A stretch of DNA of 32,000 nt from contig NC_007614.1 in assembly GCF_000196355.1 (NCBI RefSeq), positions 150,001 through 182,000 of the forward strand, read 5' to 3'. Positions 17,753 through 26,560 of this stretch are shown here, piece by piece. The translations under genes were made by a program, and so were the position numbers. Position 1 is the stretch's first letter, and the number at the start of each line of letters is the position of its first letter. This DNA is from Nitrosospira multiformis ATCC 25196. GTDB lineage: Bacteria; Pseudomonadota; Gammaproteobacteria; Burkholderiales; Nitrosomonadaceae. The notes under the pieces were generated by a model, which did no database searches, was not told the origin of the DNA, and saw nothing but the letters and a program-made list of their open reading frames with translations.

Positions 17753-18966
17753 AAATCTCTCCTGAAAATGATGGATTGATGATTTCCAGTCTTCATCGAG
17801 TACTTCATTCACACATCATTCAATTCGCCAACGCCACATCGAACTACGGCTTTTCTGCCCCCAGTCTTGTCGATCAACTGATAGCGCGGATTACAGAAGT
17901 TATTTTAAGAACGTCGGTTATCCCCATCTGTTCGGTAACTCACCGCGGAGAGAATATATTTTCCTGACCCGATCAGGCCAAGGCAGAATCTTTAGGACAC
18001 CTAATAATCCTTAAATTAAGATCCGGCCTTAGTGGAGAACTGGGCCGGTCTGGAGAAGTATCGAAGATCCGCAAGACCATCAGATGACGGGGACACTGAA
18101 TGTCGAGAGTTCCCCCGGAGGCCGTGATCACCCAAGCGGATGTCCCACGGCCTGACGCGCTGTAATGGGAGGCTGCTTTGGCACGTTCTGTTTTACTCTT
18201 GGAGCAATTGCCGGTTCGATCCGCAAGATCGATTGCAACTGCCGGAGCCCCGGAATCTGCTTCAACCCGGCCGCACTCAACTATGGGGCACTTTACCCCC
18301 GGCGAGAGCTGCAGAGCAGGCTTCCTCATTGCCGATGCCTTCTCGTGCGGCTGGTTACGAGGTGATGGTGCCGTTGAAGAGGAACCAGTCTTTTAGGCTC
18401 TTTGCTTAGGGAAGTACTTAACAAATCGCTGGAAAATTGGCTCCGAAGCTACGAGTGTTTAGGGAACCGTAAAAGCATAGGGGGTGCGGACGAAGCTCTG
18501 AGGACGTCGCAGACAGCTTTAAGTATGTTTTCCAATATTTCCTCTCGCTCAAACCCGATTCAGCAGGTTTTTGTTTCTTGACCCCCCGTAGACTTCAATC
18601 CCGATAATGCCCGCTAATGGTTCCCAGGTGACAAGCACAGTCCTGCGATAGATCAAGGAATTTCCAGCCTTTTCGCCATATCATCTGTTATCGCGCCCTC
18701 TACCTGCTCTATTCACAGATTCTCTCCCAGATTGGCTTGGACTTATCCCTCGCTCTTCTAAACATCCTGAGGGTTTGCTGACTCGCCTTACTCATAGGGA
18801 ACGCATCTTCCTGAAATTCGTTCGTGCGATCCGCTTTTCATGGTTTTTTATGGTAAAAGGCAAAATATAGACTGCAAAACAAAAGAAATTTGTGTAACTG
18901 TACGCCTCCCGATTCAAAGGGCTTATTGAACAATAGGGTGGGCAGATTCTGAGGAGTATGTAATTA

Positions 18967-19290
18967 ATGATGAGACGGGCATTTATTCCTGCTGTTATTG
19001 CTGTATTCATTACTGGTATTGTCATATTGGGGTTTGCCGCCGCCCTCTATCACAGCCTTTTTTTCTATAAAGCAGATGGAGTTATGTCACGCGAAACCGC
19101 AAAACGCTTGGGGCTTCTGAGGGATGACCCCGCTTCATTCCCTGCCGAACTGGCGTTCAGGAAGAGCGAAACCGGTGGGTACTTTTATAGAAAAGGAGGA
19201 GGAACTGCCTTCATTGATGAAACAAGCTATACCACTATCGATCTGATTGCTGGATGCGAACGTCTGGGTGGTTGCCAATTGCGGAAGTGA
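18967..19290 (+). CDS. hypothetical protein with N-terminal TM segment
   Basis: 107 aa; RRAFIPAVIAVFITGIVILGFAAALYHSLFFYKADGVMSRETAKRLGLL; ends 13 bp before the direct repeat. Confidence 0.45.
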   Translation: MMRRAFIPAVIAVFITGIVILGFAAALYHSLFFYKADGVMSRETAKRLGLLRDDPASFPAELAFRKSETGGYFYRKGGGTAFIDETSYTTIDLIAGCERLGGCQLRK

Positions 19291-19302
19291 AAAATTTGCT
19301 GT

Positions 19303-19413
19303 GAGAATAGATTTGTTATTAATCCTCACAGGGGGATTCTATATTGCTTCGATAAAGGAAACGCCAGGAAAGGGAAATGAAGGAAGGGAAGGACGAGAAA
19401 GAGAAAAGCGAAA
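19303..19413. repeat. direct repeat copy 1 (imperfect, ~110 bp)
   Basis: GAGAATAGATTTGTTATTAATCCTCACAGGGGGATTCTATATTGCTTCGATAAAGGAAACGCCAGGAAAGGG...GAGAAAGAGAAAAGCGAAAT, matching 21217..21327. Confidence 0.9.
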
Positions 19414-19505
19414 TTTTGGCTTTGTCCATGAACGAACAACGGATTCTCCTTAGGACAGACGCAAGCACCCTGATTTCAACAAAGGCATTTTCAACCCAGT
19501 TTGGA

Positions 19506-20134
19506 TCATATGGAGGTAGTTCGACCTTGAGGAGTGGCCATCCGGTTCCGCTTGCAACGGTGCCTAATATAATGACAGATACTTTCAATCATCGCTTTGC
19601 TGTAGGGCACAAATGAGGCCACTTGTTCCGTAGGCTCGGCCAGGTCGTCTCGTGCGGTACCCAGGTAGGCTGCCAGCGCTACCATCAGGACCGCTCGATG
19701 CTCATGTGGTAGGCGCTCAAGCAGCCATGAGGCGGCTGCGTCCTTGCGTGCGATTTCACCCGTGGATACGCTAAACCAGATGCGTGCAAGAGCAAGCACA
19801 ACATTCCGTTCGTCACCTTGCCAGTCAGATTCTTCGTTCCACTGGGCAGCAGTGTCGGAAAGCGCCTTCACAAAGCTTTCCTTCGGGACTGGATCGAACA
19901 GCTCTGATGCAGGCATTCCTACCAGGCAGACACTGCGTTGTTTCACCGTGGTTAGCAGAATCGCAAGGTCGTGGTCTGGGACGGCAGACTGGATAATTCC
20001 GGTCTCCAGTCGTTCGCGAAGCCATTCACCAACTGGAGCTCACGCTTCGGCGGATATCGCCAGGGAACTACCTCTTCCCGGACGATAACCGTCACTTCGA
20101 GTGCACGATAAGTTTCACTGGTTCCAGGCCAAGC
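19506..20134 (-). pseudogene. aadA-like aminoglycoside adenylyltransferase remnant (5' truncated, frameshifted)
   Basis: - strand: PGTSETYRALEVTVIVREEVVPWRYPPKRELQ, frame change near 20030-20034, then GEWLRERLETGIIQSAVPDHDLAILLTTVKQRSVCLVGMPASELFDPVPKESFVKALSDTAAQWNEESDWQGDERNVVLALARIWFSVSTGEIARKDAAASWLLERLP. In-frame TGA at 20135-20137 cuts the N-terminal part. Confidence 0.85.
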
Positions 20135-20421
20135 TCATATCCCAGCTTGAGTTTTCGTTACTGTTCAAGATTTCGGCACTTTGCCTCGACTGGATAGACC
20201 GATCAGGTCAGATGCAACTGGAGTGAGCCCGCGAAACGGAAAAAATCCTACGTTAAGGCACATGATGTTTCCAACTTGTAGTAGCCAAGAGTGCATCTGC
20301 AAGGCATGAGGTACGGGAAGGAGTGCTATCGAGCCGTTGCTGACATCGGGAAACTTGAGCGGCAAAGGTTTCACTCAGCCCTTATTGTGGAAGCAGCAGC
20401 CGTACAAGAACCTGCAACTAC

Positions 20422-20775
20422 ATGCAAACCGATCTGTGGAACGAGGAACTGGAACAGTCCCGTGAACTTCTAAAGAATTTTCTGAAAACCCTGCCGGAAG
20501 CAGATCAACAGATTACTCTAATTCGTGTGTTTCTCAGGAGAATCGAATCGTTGGCTACGGGCTCTATCTATAAGATTTTTAGCCGCTGCATCCAATACCT
20601 TGGAACAAGTCGGGCCGTTTTCTTTCCCGATGCAATATTTGTTGATGAAATCAGTTTGGCTCATCTTTTCGCCGTCGACTACGATATTGCTTGGATCGTC
20701 AACGTAGGGTACTTCCCGCTCGCAGGCCAACACAAATATCCCTGGCAAAAGCCAGATTGGTCTGATCATTTGTAG
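20422..20775 (+). CDS. hypothetical protein
   Basis: 117 aa ORF with plausible composition (MQTDLWNEELEQSRELLKNFLKTLPEADQQITLIRVFLRRIESLA...); no family recognised. Confidence 0.35.
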   Translation: MQTDLWNEELEQSRELLKNFLKTLPEADQQITLIRVFLRRIESLATGSIYKIFSRCIQYLGTSRAVFFPDAIFVDEISLAHLFAVDYDIAWIVNVGYFPLAGQHKYPWQKPDWSDHL

Positions 20776-20831
20776 CTCCTCAGGATTGCGGTACTCTGCT
20801 TCGTATTGATCTTAATGAATCCTGCCTCCGA

Positions 20832-21245
20832 TTACGGCATCTGGCTGATAGTCCAATACGTATCGATTGATCGTATGACCTTCACGAATTGCGTGTAGTC
20901 GACGGGCTTCCCCATATATCCTGCAGCGCCGAAATTGAAGCCGTTTAGCTTGTCCTGTTGGTCATCGGAAGTGGTCAGCACCACCACGGGAATACGTCTG
21001 AGCCTCCCGTCTTTCTTCACTGCCTGCAGGAATTCGAGGCCATTTATGATAGGCATGCTCAAGTCCAGCAAGATGAGACAAGGCTTCTCACTATCCTCAT
21101 CCCGTAGATAATTTAGCGCATCTTCCCCGTTTTCCCGGTGCACAACCTGATTTGTAACCCCAATTTCCTTGAGGGCGCGGGTAACCTTCATCATGTCCAC
21201 CTGGTCGTCCTCAACGAGAAGAATAGGTTTGTTAGTGATCCTCAC
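20832..21245 (-). CDS. single-domain response regulator (CheY-like, Rcp1 type)
   Basis: KPILLVEDDQVDMMKVTRAL...CLILLDLSMPIINGLEFLQAVK...PVVVLTTSDDQQDKLNGFNFGAAGYMGKPVDY; phosphoacceptor Asp, Thr and Lys motifs present. Confidence 0.93.
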   Translation of the reverse strand: MRITNKPILLVEDDQVDMMKVTRALKEIGVTNQVVHRENGEDALNYLRDEDSEKPCLILLDLSMPIINGLEFLQAVKKDGRLRRIPVVVLTTSDDQQDKLNGFNFGAAGYMGKPVDYTQFVKVIRSIDTYWTISQMP

Positions 21246-21327
21246 AGGGGATTTCCTATATTGCTTCGATAAGGGAAACGCCAGGAAAGGGGCATGAAGA
21301 AGGATGAGAAAGAGAAAAGCGGAAATT
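21217..21327. repeat. direct repeat copy 2 (imperfect, ~110 bp), overlapping the response-regulator start
   Basis: GAGAAGAATAGGTTTGTTAGTGATCCTCACAGGGGATTTCCTATATTGCTTCGATAAGGGAAACGCCAGGAAAGGG...GAGAAAGAGAAAAGCGGAAAT. Confidence 0.9.
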
Positions 21328-21711
21328 GCGACTCCGTCTCCTTTAACTGGACTAATTGCTAGGCATGTTTATGATACCTGCAATTGCCTCAACTGGCACC
21401 TGTAATAAGACCAGGTTGGAAAGATATGCGTGGAAACCGGGATCGAATGCTCTCGCCCGATCCTCGGCGGACAGGTAAACGTTCCGGTTCTTGGTCGCCA
21501 GCTGGATATCTTCAGTATCCCTTGATAGACCCTCGTTTACGAAAATGCCCTCATGAGTGGTTTACCACTGCCTTAAGGTCGAGTCAGGCTTGAACACTGC
21601 ATTTTTGCCGCCTTGATCATCGCATTCTCTCCCGTTTTGGGATTGTGTGGCGTTGAGTTGCACTCTCAACTTTGCCCAAGGCAAGCCCTCCGGACGCTCC
21701 AATCGGTATGC

Positions 21712-22614
21712 CTACATTCTGTTGAGATCGGAAAGACTGTGAGCCACCCGCTCCACAGCCTGCTTTCCCTCCTCGATGGCTTCCCTCGCTCGATGAAAAT
21801 CGAGCAGGCCAAGGTGGGCCAGTCGGGGCGCTATTATGAGGTCGGGAGGTTCGCCCGCCATGCGGCTGCGGTTAATCCGTACCTGCATAATATTGATACT
21901 GGAAGCCAGCACGTCCAGCATGGATGGCATCTTGGGTATTTCGGCCGAATGCGCAGGGAGGAGCGCTCCAAGACTCTCCTGTAGCTTGCGTATCCAATCC
22001 ATAACATCGCCAGCTGATGCGTCGGGAGGAGGCTCGGCGCGCAGATGGCGCCCCAACATATCAAAGCTCAGATCAACTGCGATCACCACATCGGCGCCCA
22101 TTGCCCGAGCCAGCGATACCGGGACTGGATTGACAAGTCCGCCATCCACCAAAACCGAACCTTCGCACAGCACAGGGGAGAACAGCCCAGGCAGGGCGAT
22201 GGACGCACGCACTGCCTCAAGGGTCGATCCTTCGCGCAGCCAGACCTCGGCGCCGGTATGCAGCGATGTGGCTACCGCGGCGAAGGGTAGGGCCAGGTCC
22301 TGAACAGGTCGATCGGGGAATTTATCTCGAAAGAAGCTCATTAGCCGCTCGCCCTTGAGGAGCCCACTGCCCAGGCTTATATCGATATATGCAATGACCT
22401 CCCGAACGCCCAATCCAAGTACCCACTGCTCGAAGCGATCCAGTTCCCCTGCTGCGTAGACGGCGCCTACCAGCGAACCGATAGATGTTCCGCAAACGAG
22501 ATCTGGCCGAACACCCGCTTGCTCAAGGGCACGGATTACACCGATATGCGCCCAGCCGCGGGCGGAGCCACTGCCCAGCACAAGTCCGACCCGGGGCGCG
22601 CGAATCCCGCTCAT
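21712..22614 (-). CDS. patatin-like phospholipase (RssA-type)
   Basis: VGLVLGSGSARGWAHIGVIRALEQAGVRPDLVCGTSIGSLVGAVYAAG and VLVDGGLVNPVPVSLARAMGADVVIAVDLS (GxSxG and DGG). The ORF extends to 22653. Confidence 0.92.
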   Translation of the reverse strand: MSGIRAPRVGLVLGSGSARGWAHIGVIRALEQAGVRPDLVCGTSIGSLVGAVYAAGELDRFEQWVLGLGVREVIAYIDISLGSGLLKGERLMSFFRDKFPDRPVQDLALPFAAVATSLHTGAEVWLREGSTLEAVRASIALPGLFSPVLCEGSVLVDGGLVNPVPVSLARAMGADVVIAVDLSFDMLGRHLRAEPPPDASAGDVMDWIRKLQESLGALLPAHSAEIPKMPSMLDVLASSINIMQVRINRSRMAGEPPDLIIAPRLAHLGLLDFHRAREAIEEGKQAVERVAHSLSDLNRM

Positions 22615-22841
22615 ACGCAATCTCCATGCGGAGGGTGAAGGTGCTGCCGGCACGACTCGATGGTTCCGCAGCGTACCTCAATGTTTTCCCTGTCTATGAA
22701 ATTCAACATCTGCTATTTCTCAAGCTGATGTGCGAAAAATCCTTCTTCCTTCGGCCCTCCCCAAAAATAACGGAAAGGGTCATAGGCCTGAAAGGGACTG
22801 TGGGGTTGATCGGGTTGGATTTCATTTTTATATCCTTTATT

Positions 22842-22860
22842 GAGAATGAGACTCATAATC
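22842..22860. promoter_or_regulatory. Fur-box-like sequence
   Basis: GAGAATGAGACTCATAATC, 15/19 identity to GATAATGATAATCATTATC by eye. Confidence 0.4.
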
Positions 22861-22995
22861 TTCTAAAAGAATAAGCACATGCAATAGCATTCTTTAATAG
22901 GCGGGGGATTAAGAAGACCATCCTTGAGATACCTGATTGCATATTCACGAAAAAACTCTTTGCTAATTCCTCTTGTTTTTCTCCAGGCTTGCAAA

Positions 22996-23014
22996 TATAA
23001 TAAGAATCATTATC
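22996..23014. promoter_or_regulatory. Fur-box-like sequence
   Basis: TATAATAAGAATCATTATC, 16/19 identity to GATAATGATAATCATTATC, including an exact AATCATTATC half. Confidence 0.5.
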
Positions 23015-23124
23015 ATTTATCCTCAAAGAAGATAGGTTATCCGTTACCGCTGGTTACTCCTTTTTCCAGCGGTCTTTTAGCCAGCCAGCCCCGCCCGCGG
23101 CAAGCCAGCCATATTTTTATTCAG

Positions 23125-23151
23125 AAACCCGCCCCTTATTCGGGCGGGTTT
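23125..23151. terminator. hairpin terminator candidate downstream of the epsA-like remnant
   Basis: AAACCCGCC...GGGCGGGTTT, GC-rich stem with short loop; weak T-tract. Confidence 0.6.
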
Positions 23152-23233
23152 CATATTGTTTAATTAAAAGATATTCCTGAGATCGATCTTCATCGCGCAG
23201 CTGTCATTTTTTCTCAATTAATGAGCCCTGAAT

Positions 23234-23874
23234 CTAAAGCTCACCCGCTAACGGAGGATTATTGGTTTGCGGGAAAAGTGTGTCTGGAGCTCCATTGATG
23301 TGCTGTTCAGAACGCATACCCCAAGTTTGGGCGACTTTGGAAGCAGCCTGAGTCCGGTTATAAACACCTAATTTCTGGAAGATATGGTACAGGTGATTCC
23401 TTACTGTGAATTCACTGATGGACAGAATGCTGCCTATTTCGGCATTGGTTTTTCCCTTTCCTACCCAGTCCATTATTTCGCTTTCGCGTTCACTTAGCCC
23501 ATGACCCTTGCCACCGAGTGAATCAGCCGGCGAGCAGAAAGATGAGGAAAGGGCGCGATCCGACGTAGTCTCGTCCAGTGGCGGTAGAGCTTCTGGACCC
23601 GAGACGAGAGCTCCGTCGTTTCGAAATATGCGGTTCTGGCACTCGGCAGAGAGGAAACAATATCGTGCTGAATGAAATTCGAGGCAAAATTTCCCCAGGC
23701 GACGATCAAGATTTCATGAGGCAGATGATGCTGTATTTCGCCCTGAAGCCATCTCAATAAATCAAGATGGCGGCGCACCCCTAATCCTTCTTGAATAACT
23801 CGAAAATAAGAGTGTAGGCGATCCATTGGAATGGATACGCCATGATCAATTTCTCCGGCACTTAATATCTGCAT
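23234..23874 (-). pseudogene. EpsA-like (PEP-CTERM/exosortase-associated) LuxR-family regulator, split between two frames
   Basis: N-terminal ORF MDRLHSYFRVIQEGLGVRRHLDLLRWLQGEIQHHLPHEILIVAWGNF...HDIVSSLPSAR...VQKLYRHWTRLRRIAPF and, in another frame, ALSSSFCSPADSLGGKGHGLSERESEIMDWVGKGKTNAEIGSILSISEFTVRNHLYHIFQKLGVYNRTQAASKV (LuxR HTH). Confidence 0.7.
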
Positions 23875-24040
23875 AAATCTGGTTTTCTACCCGGGTGAGA
23901 AGTTTTCAAGTGAAAGCTCGGGAAGAGGAAAGCAAGGTTAGGCAGTCTACTCAACCCCATACTCAAGTAAATATTCTTGTTCAATAAGACGAACAAGAAA
24001 TTCTTTCAAATAAAAATAATTCTCAATACATTAAAAAAAT

Positions 24041-24059
24041 AAGAATCATAATCGTTACC
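24041..24059. promoter_or_regulatory. weak Fur-box-like sequence upstream of PEP-CTERM gene
   Basis: AAGAATCATAATCGTTACC, 14/19 to the Fur consensus, ~205 bp upstream of the 24264 start. Confidence 0.3.
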
Positions 24060-24263
24060 ATTAATGAGGAAGTGAAATGCATTTCCTCCTCGGGTAAGTG
24101 GCTGCCCATTTGCTCCAGAAAGTCCTGGAAATTCCAGGACTGAAAGAAGAATTTAATAGCTCAAGAGGGAGGGAGGTGATATCTGCGAATCGAGTTGGAT
24201 CAAAGAATGCCGCAATAAAAATAGATGAACTTCAAAAATTAATAACCTGATTGGAGATAACAA

Positions 24264-24983
24264 ATGAAGTTGAATACGATCCATTTCAAAAAAATAGCTG
24301 CTTCCGCGCCATTACTTATACTTACGTTGGCTCTTCTTGCCAATCCAGCACACGCCGTTGACTGGACTGAGATCGGTGATGCAGGGCAACTGCTGAGTAC
24401 GGCACAAATGCCGACAGGTGATGAAGGCCGATTGAGAAACATTTACGGAACCATTTCGACCAATAATGATGTGGACCTGTTCAGGATCTACATTTCCAAT
24501 CCCACTACATTCTCTGCGGGTATCAGCTCTACCAGTGGCAACCTTGATTCGGGACTCATTCTGTTTAACGAGGGAGGGTACGCGCTATATGGAAATGATG
24601 ATGCCATGCTTGGTACGCGTGTCTCAAGCCTGCCGGCAGGCCACGTGAATGGGCCGCAGGGACCGGGCTGGTATAATCTGGCAATATTTGCCCTTGGTAC
24701 GCCGCCCGTCAGCGGCGATGGTTTTACGCCCGATCACTATATGTTTCCCAATGTAAGCTCTCCTTATACCCAGATCCTTACCCCGACGGGGCCTGGAGGA
24801 GCAGCGCCGCTGGCGGGATGGGCACAATTGGACGATACGGTTGCGATCAGCGAGGATTACCGCATAAGACTTTCAGGAGTAACGGTCTCTCCGGTTCCCG
24901 AACCGGAAACCTATGCCATGCTGCTTGCCGGCCTGGGATTGATGGGAACGATGATCCGGCGGAGAAAAGGATTTATTGGCTAA
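24264..24983 (+). CDS. PEP-CTERM sorting domain protein, DVUA0089-like
   Basis: Signal peptide LLILTLALLANPAHA; DVDLFRIYISNPTTFSAGISSTSGNLDSGLILFNEGGYALYGNDD; C-terminus VPEPETYAMLLAGLGLMGTMIRRRKG. Confidence 0.9.
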   Translation: MKLNTIHFKKIAASAPLLILTLALLANPAHAVDWTEIGDAGQLLSTAQMPTGDEGRLRNIYGTISTNNDVDLFRIYISNPTTFSAGISSTSGNLDSGLILFNEGGYALYGNDDAMLGTRVSSLPAGHVNGPQGPGWYNLAIFALGTPPVSGDGFTPDHYMFPNVSSPYTQILTPTGPGGAAPLAGWAQLDDTVAISEDYRIRLSGVTVSPVPEPETYAMLLAGLGLMGTMIRRRKGFIG

Positions 24984-25289
24984 CAGGCTGATTTCCTATT
25001 TTGAATCCCGGCGATCCAGCTTGTATAAGTGAATCCTGGGAATCGGTAATCTTCTGCCGGAAACCTTGTGGATAGCGTTCCATCTACAAGGTTTTTCATT
25101 TGGAAGGCCTGTAATGACCCCACTGCAACTACTACGCCACTATATCAAGCCAGGTATTCGATCGTGCCTATGGCAAGAGGGTTTGCAGATTTCATGCTCG
25201 GTAAACCCCAAAGATGGGAGATGTAATGAAGTAGATCGGAACAGAGTATGAGCAGTTTATCTTGACCTTACTAAATGGAGTTGCCCCTA

Positions 25290-26138
25290 TTAAACCGGAC
25301 AGGATGCGGTTAGTAACTGGCTGCGGATGAATTGTCTTGGCGACTTCATCTTCAGCCCCTTGTGAGGATGGAATTCATTGTAATCCTCGAACCATTGGTC
25401 AAGCTGCGCCATTACGGTTTTTGCGTCGGGACGATCATGGACATAGACGTAATCCCGCTTGAAGGTTTTGACGAAGGCCTCGGCCATACCGTTGGATTCG
25501 GGACTTCTGACGGGAGTAAAACAGCTGATGAAGCCCATATCCTTTGCAAAAGCAGTTGTCTCGCTGGCGGTGTAACAGCTGCCATTGTCGCTGAGCCACT
25601 CCACCCTGTGTGGGAGCAGGTCAACGGTGCCGAAGCGCCGCTCAACGGATTCAGTCATCAGATCGCGCACCATTTCCCCAGTAATGCCGCCAGTGGTGGC
25701 AACATGGCTGATGACTTCACGATCACAGCAATCCAGGGCGAAGGCAACACGCACTACTTGCCCATTCCAGCAGGGAATCTCAAAACCATCCGAACACCAG
25801 CGCAAATTGGAACGCAAGGTAATGACCTTGCCTTCATGAGACAGCACGCGCTGTTTGCCCGTATATCGGGCCAGCAGCAGGCCATTCTGGCGCATGATGC
25901 GATAGACCCGCTTGTGATTGACAGCAGGCTTGCCCATTCTCTCCAGTTTGCGGTTAAGGAGAGCGCAAATCCTTCTGTATCCGTAGGTCGCGCGGCAATC
26001 CACAATTTCGCGGATCAAGGGCAACAGCCAGGCATCATCAGCCTTGTTGTAGCGGCAACGAAAAGACTTTTCCTGCGGCTTCATCCGTTCCACAAGACGG
26101 GAGCGCGCCACACCCATGGTGTCTGCAATGGCCTTCAT
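25290..26138 (-). CDS. IS3-family transposase OrfB (DDE integrase core)
   Basis: YGYRRICALLNR...NHKRVYRIMRQNGLLL...FALDCCDREVISHVATTGG...WLSDNGSCYTA...SPESNGMAEAFVKTFKRDY. Confidence 0.95.
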   Translation of the reverse strand: MKAIADTMGVARSRLVERMKPQEKSFRCRYNKADDAWLLPLIREIVDCRATYGYRRICALLNRKLERMGKPAVNHKRVYRIMRQNGLLLARYTGKQRVLSHEGKVITLRSNLRWCSDGFEIPCWNGQVVRVAFALDCCDREVISHVATTGGITGEMVRDLMTESVERRFGTVDLLPHRVEWLSDNGSCYTASETTAFAKDMGFISCFTPVRSPESNGMAEAFVKTFKRDYVYVHDRPDAKTVMAQLDQWFEDYNEFHPHKGLKMKSPRQFIRSQLLTASCPV

Positions 26139-26560
26139 GGCAAATCGTCCGGTGGCAGCAAGGGCATGCGCGAGATCAGTTTTTTTTCATGCGCAAGCTT
26201 CACCGCTTCCGTGAGAATCTCGTTCTCCAGGGTTTTCTTGCCCAGAACCCGCTCCAACTCCCGGATCCGCTTCTTCAACTCTTTCACCTCGGCCGCAGAC
26301 ACTACCGCATCACCACTACGCACTGCTTCTTGTCCGCCCTCAGCCATAAGCTTCCTCCAGCGAAATAACAAGCTCGGAGCAATACCATATTTTCGCGCCA
26401 CATACGAGACACTCATGCCCGGCAAGCGGGATTCCTCAACAGCTTTTAATTTCTCACCCAGGCTCCAGCGCCTGCGGCGCTCGATCCCGGTGACGATTTC
26501 AATACGATCCAAACCTGAAGCACTATGCATAGCACCAGGCATATGCCTATCTCCTATCAT
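26135..26560 (-). CDS. IS3-family transposase OrfA (helix-turn-helix)
   Basis: RRRRWSLGEKLKAVEESRLPGMSVSYVARKYGIAPSLLFRWRKLM...ELKKRIRELERVLGKKTLENEILTEAV. Confidence 0.93.
   Translation of the reverse strand: MIGDRHMPGAMHSASGLDRIEIVTGIERRRRWSLGEKLKAVEESRLPGMSVSYVARKYGIAPSLLFRWRKLMAEGGQEAVRSGDAVVSAAEVKELKKRIRELERVLGKKTLENEILTEAVKLAHEKKLISRMPLLPPDDLP

Noticed and set aside
17973-18409. Set of overlapping ORFs on both strands in this interval
   Set aside because: Several frames open simultaneously with no start signals or motifs; typical of non-coding GC-rich sequence.
19506-19946. Functional aminoglycoside resistance gene
   Set aside because: The gene is N-terminally truncated with a frameshift and an upstream in-frame stop; it should not be reported as active resistance.
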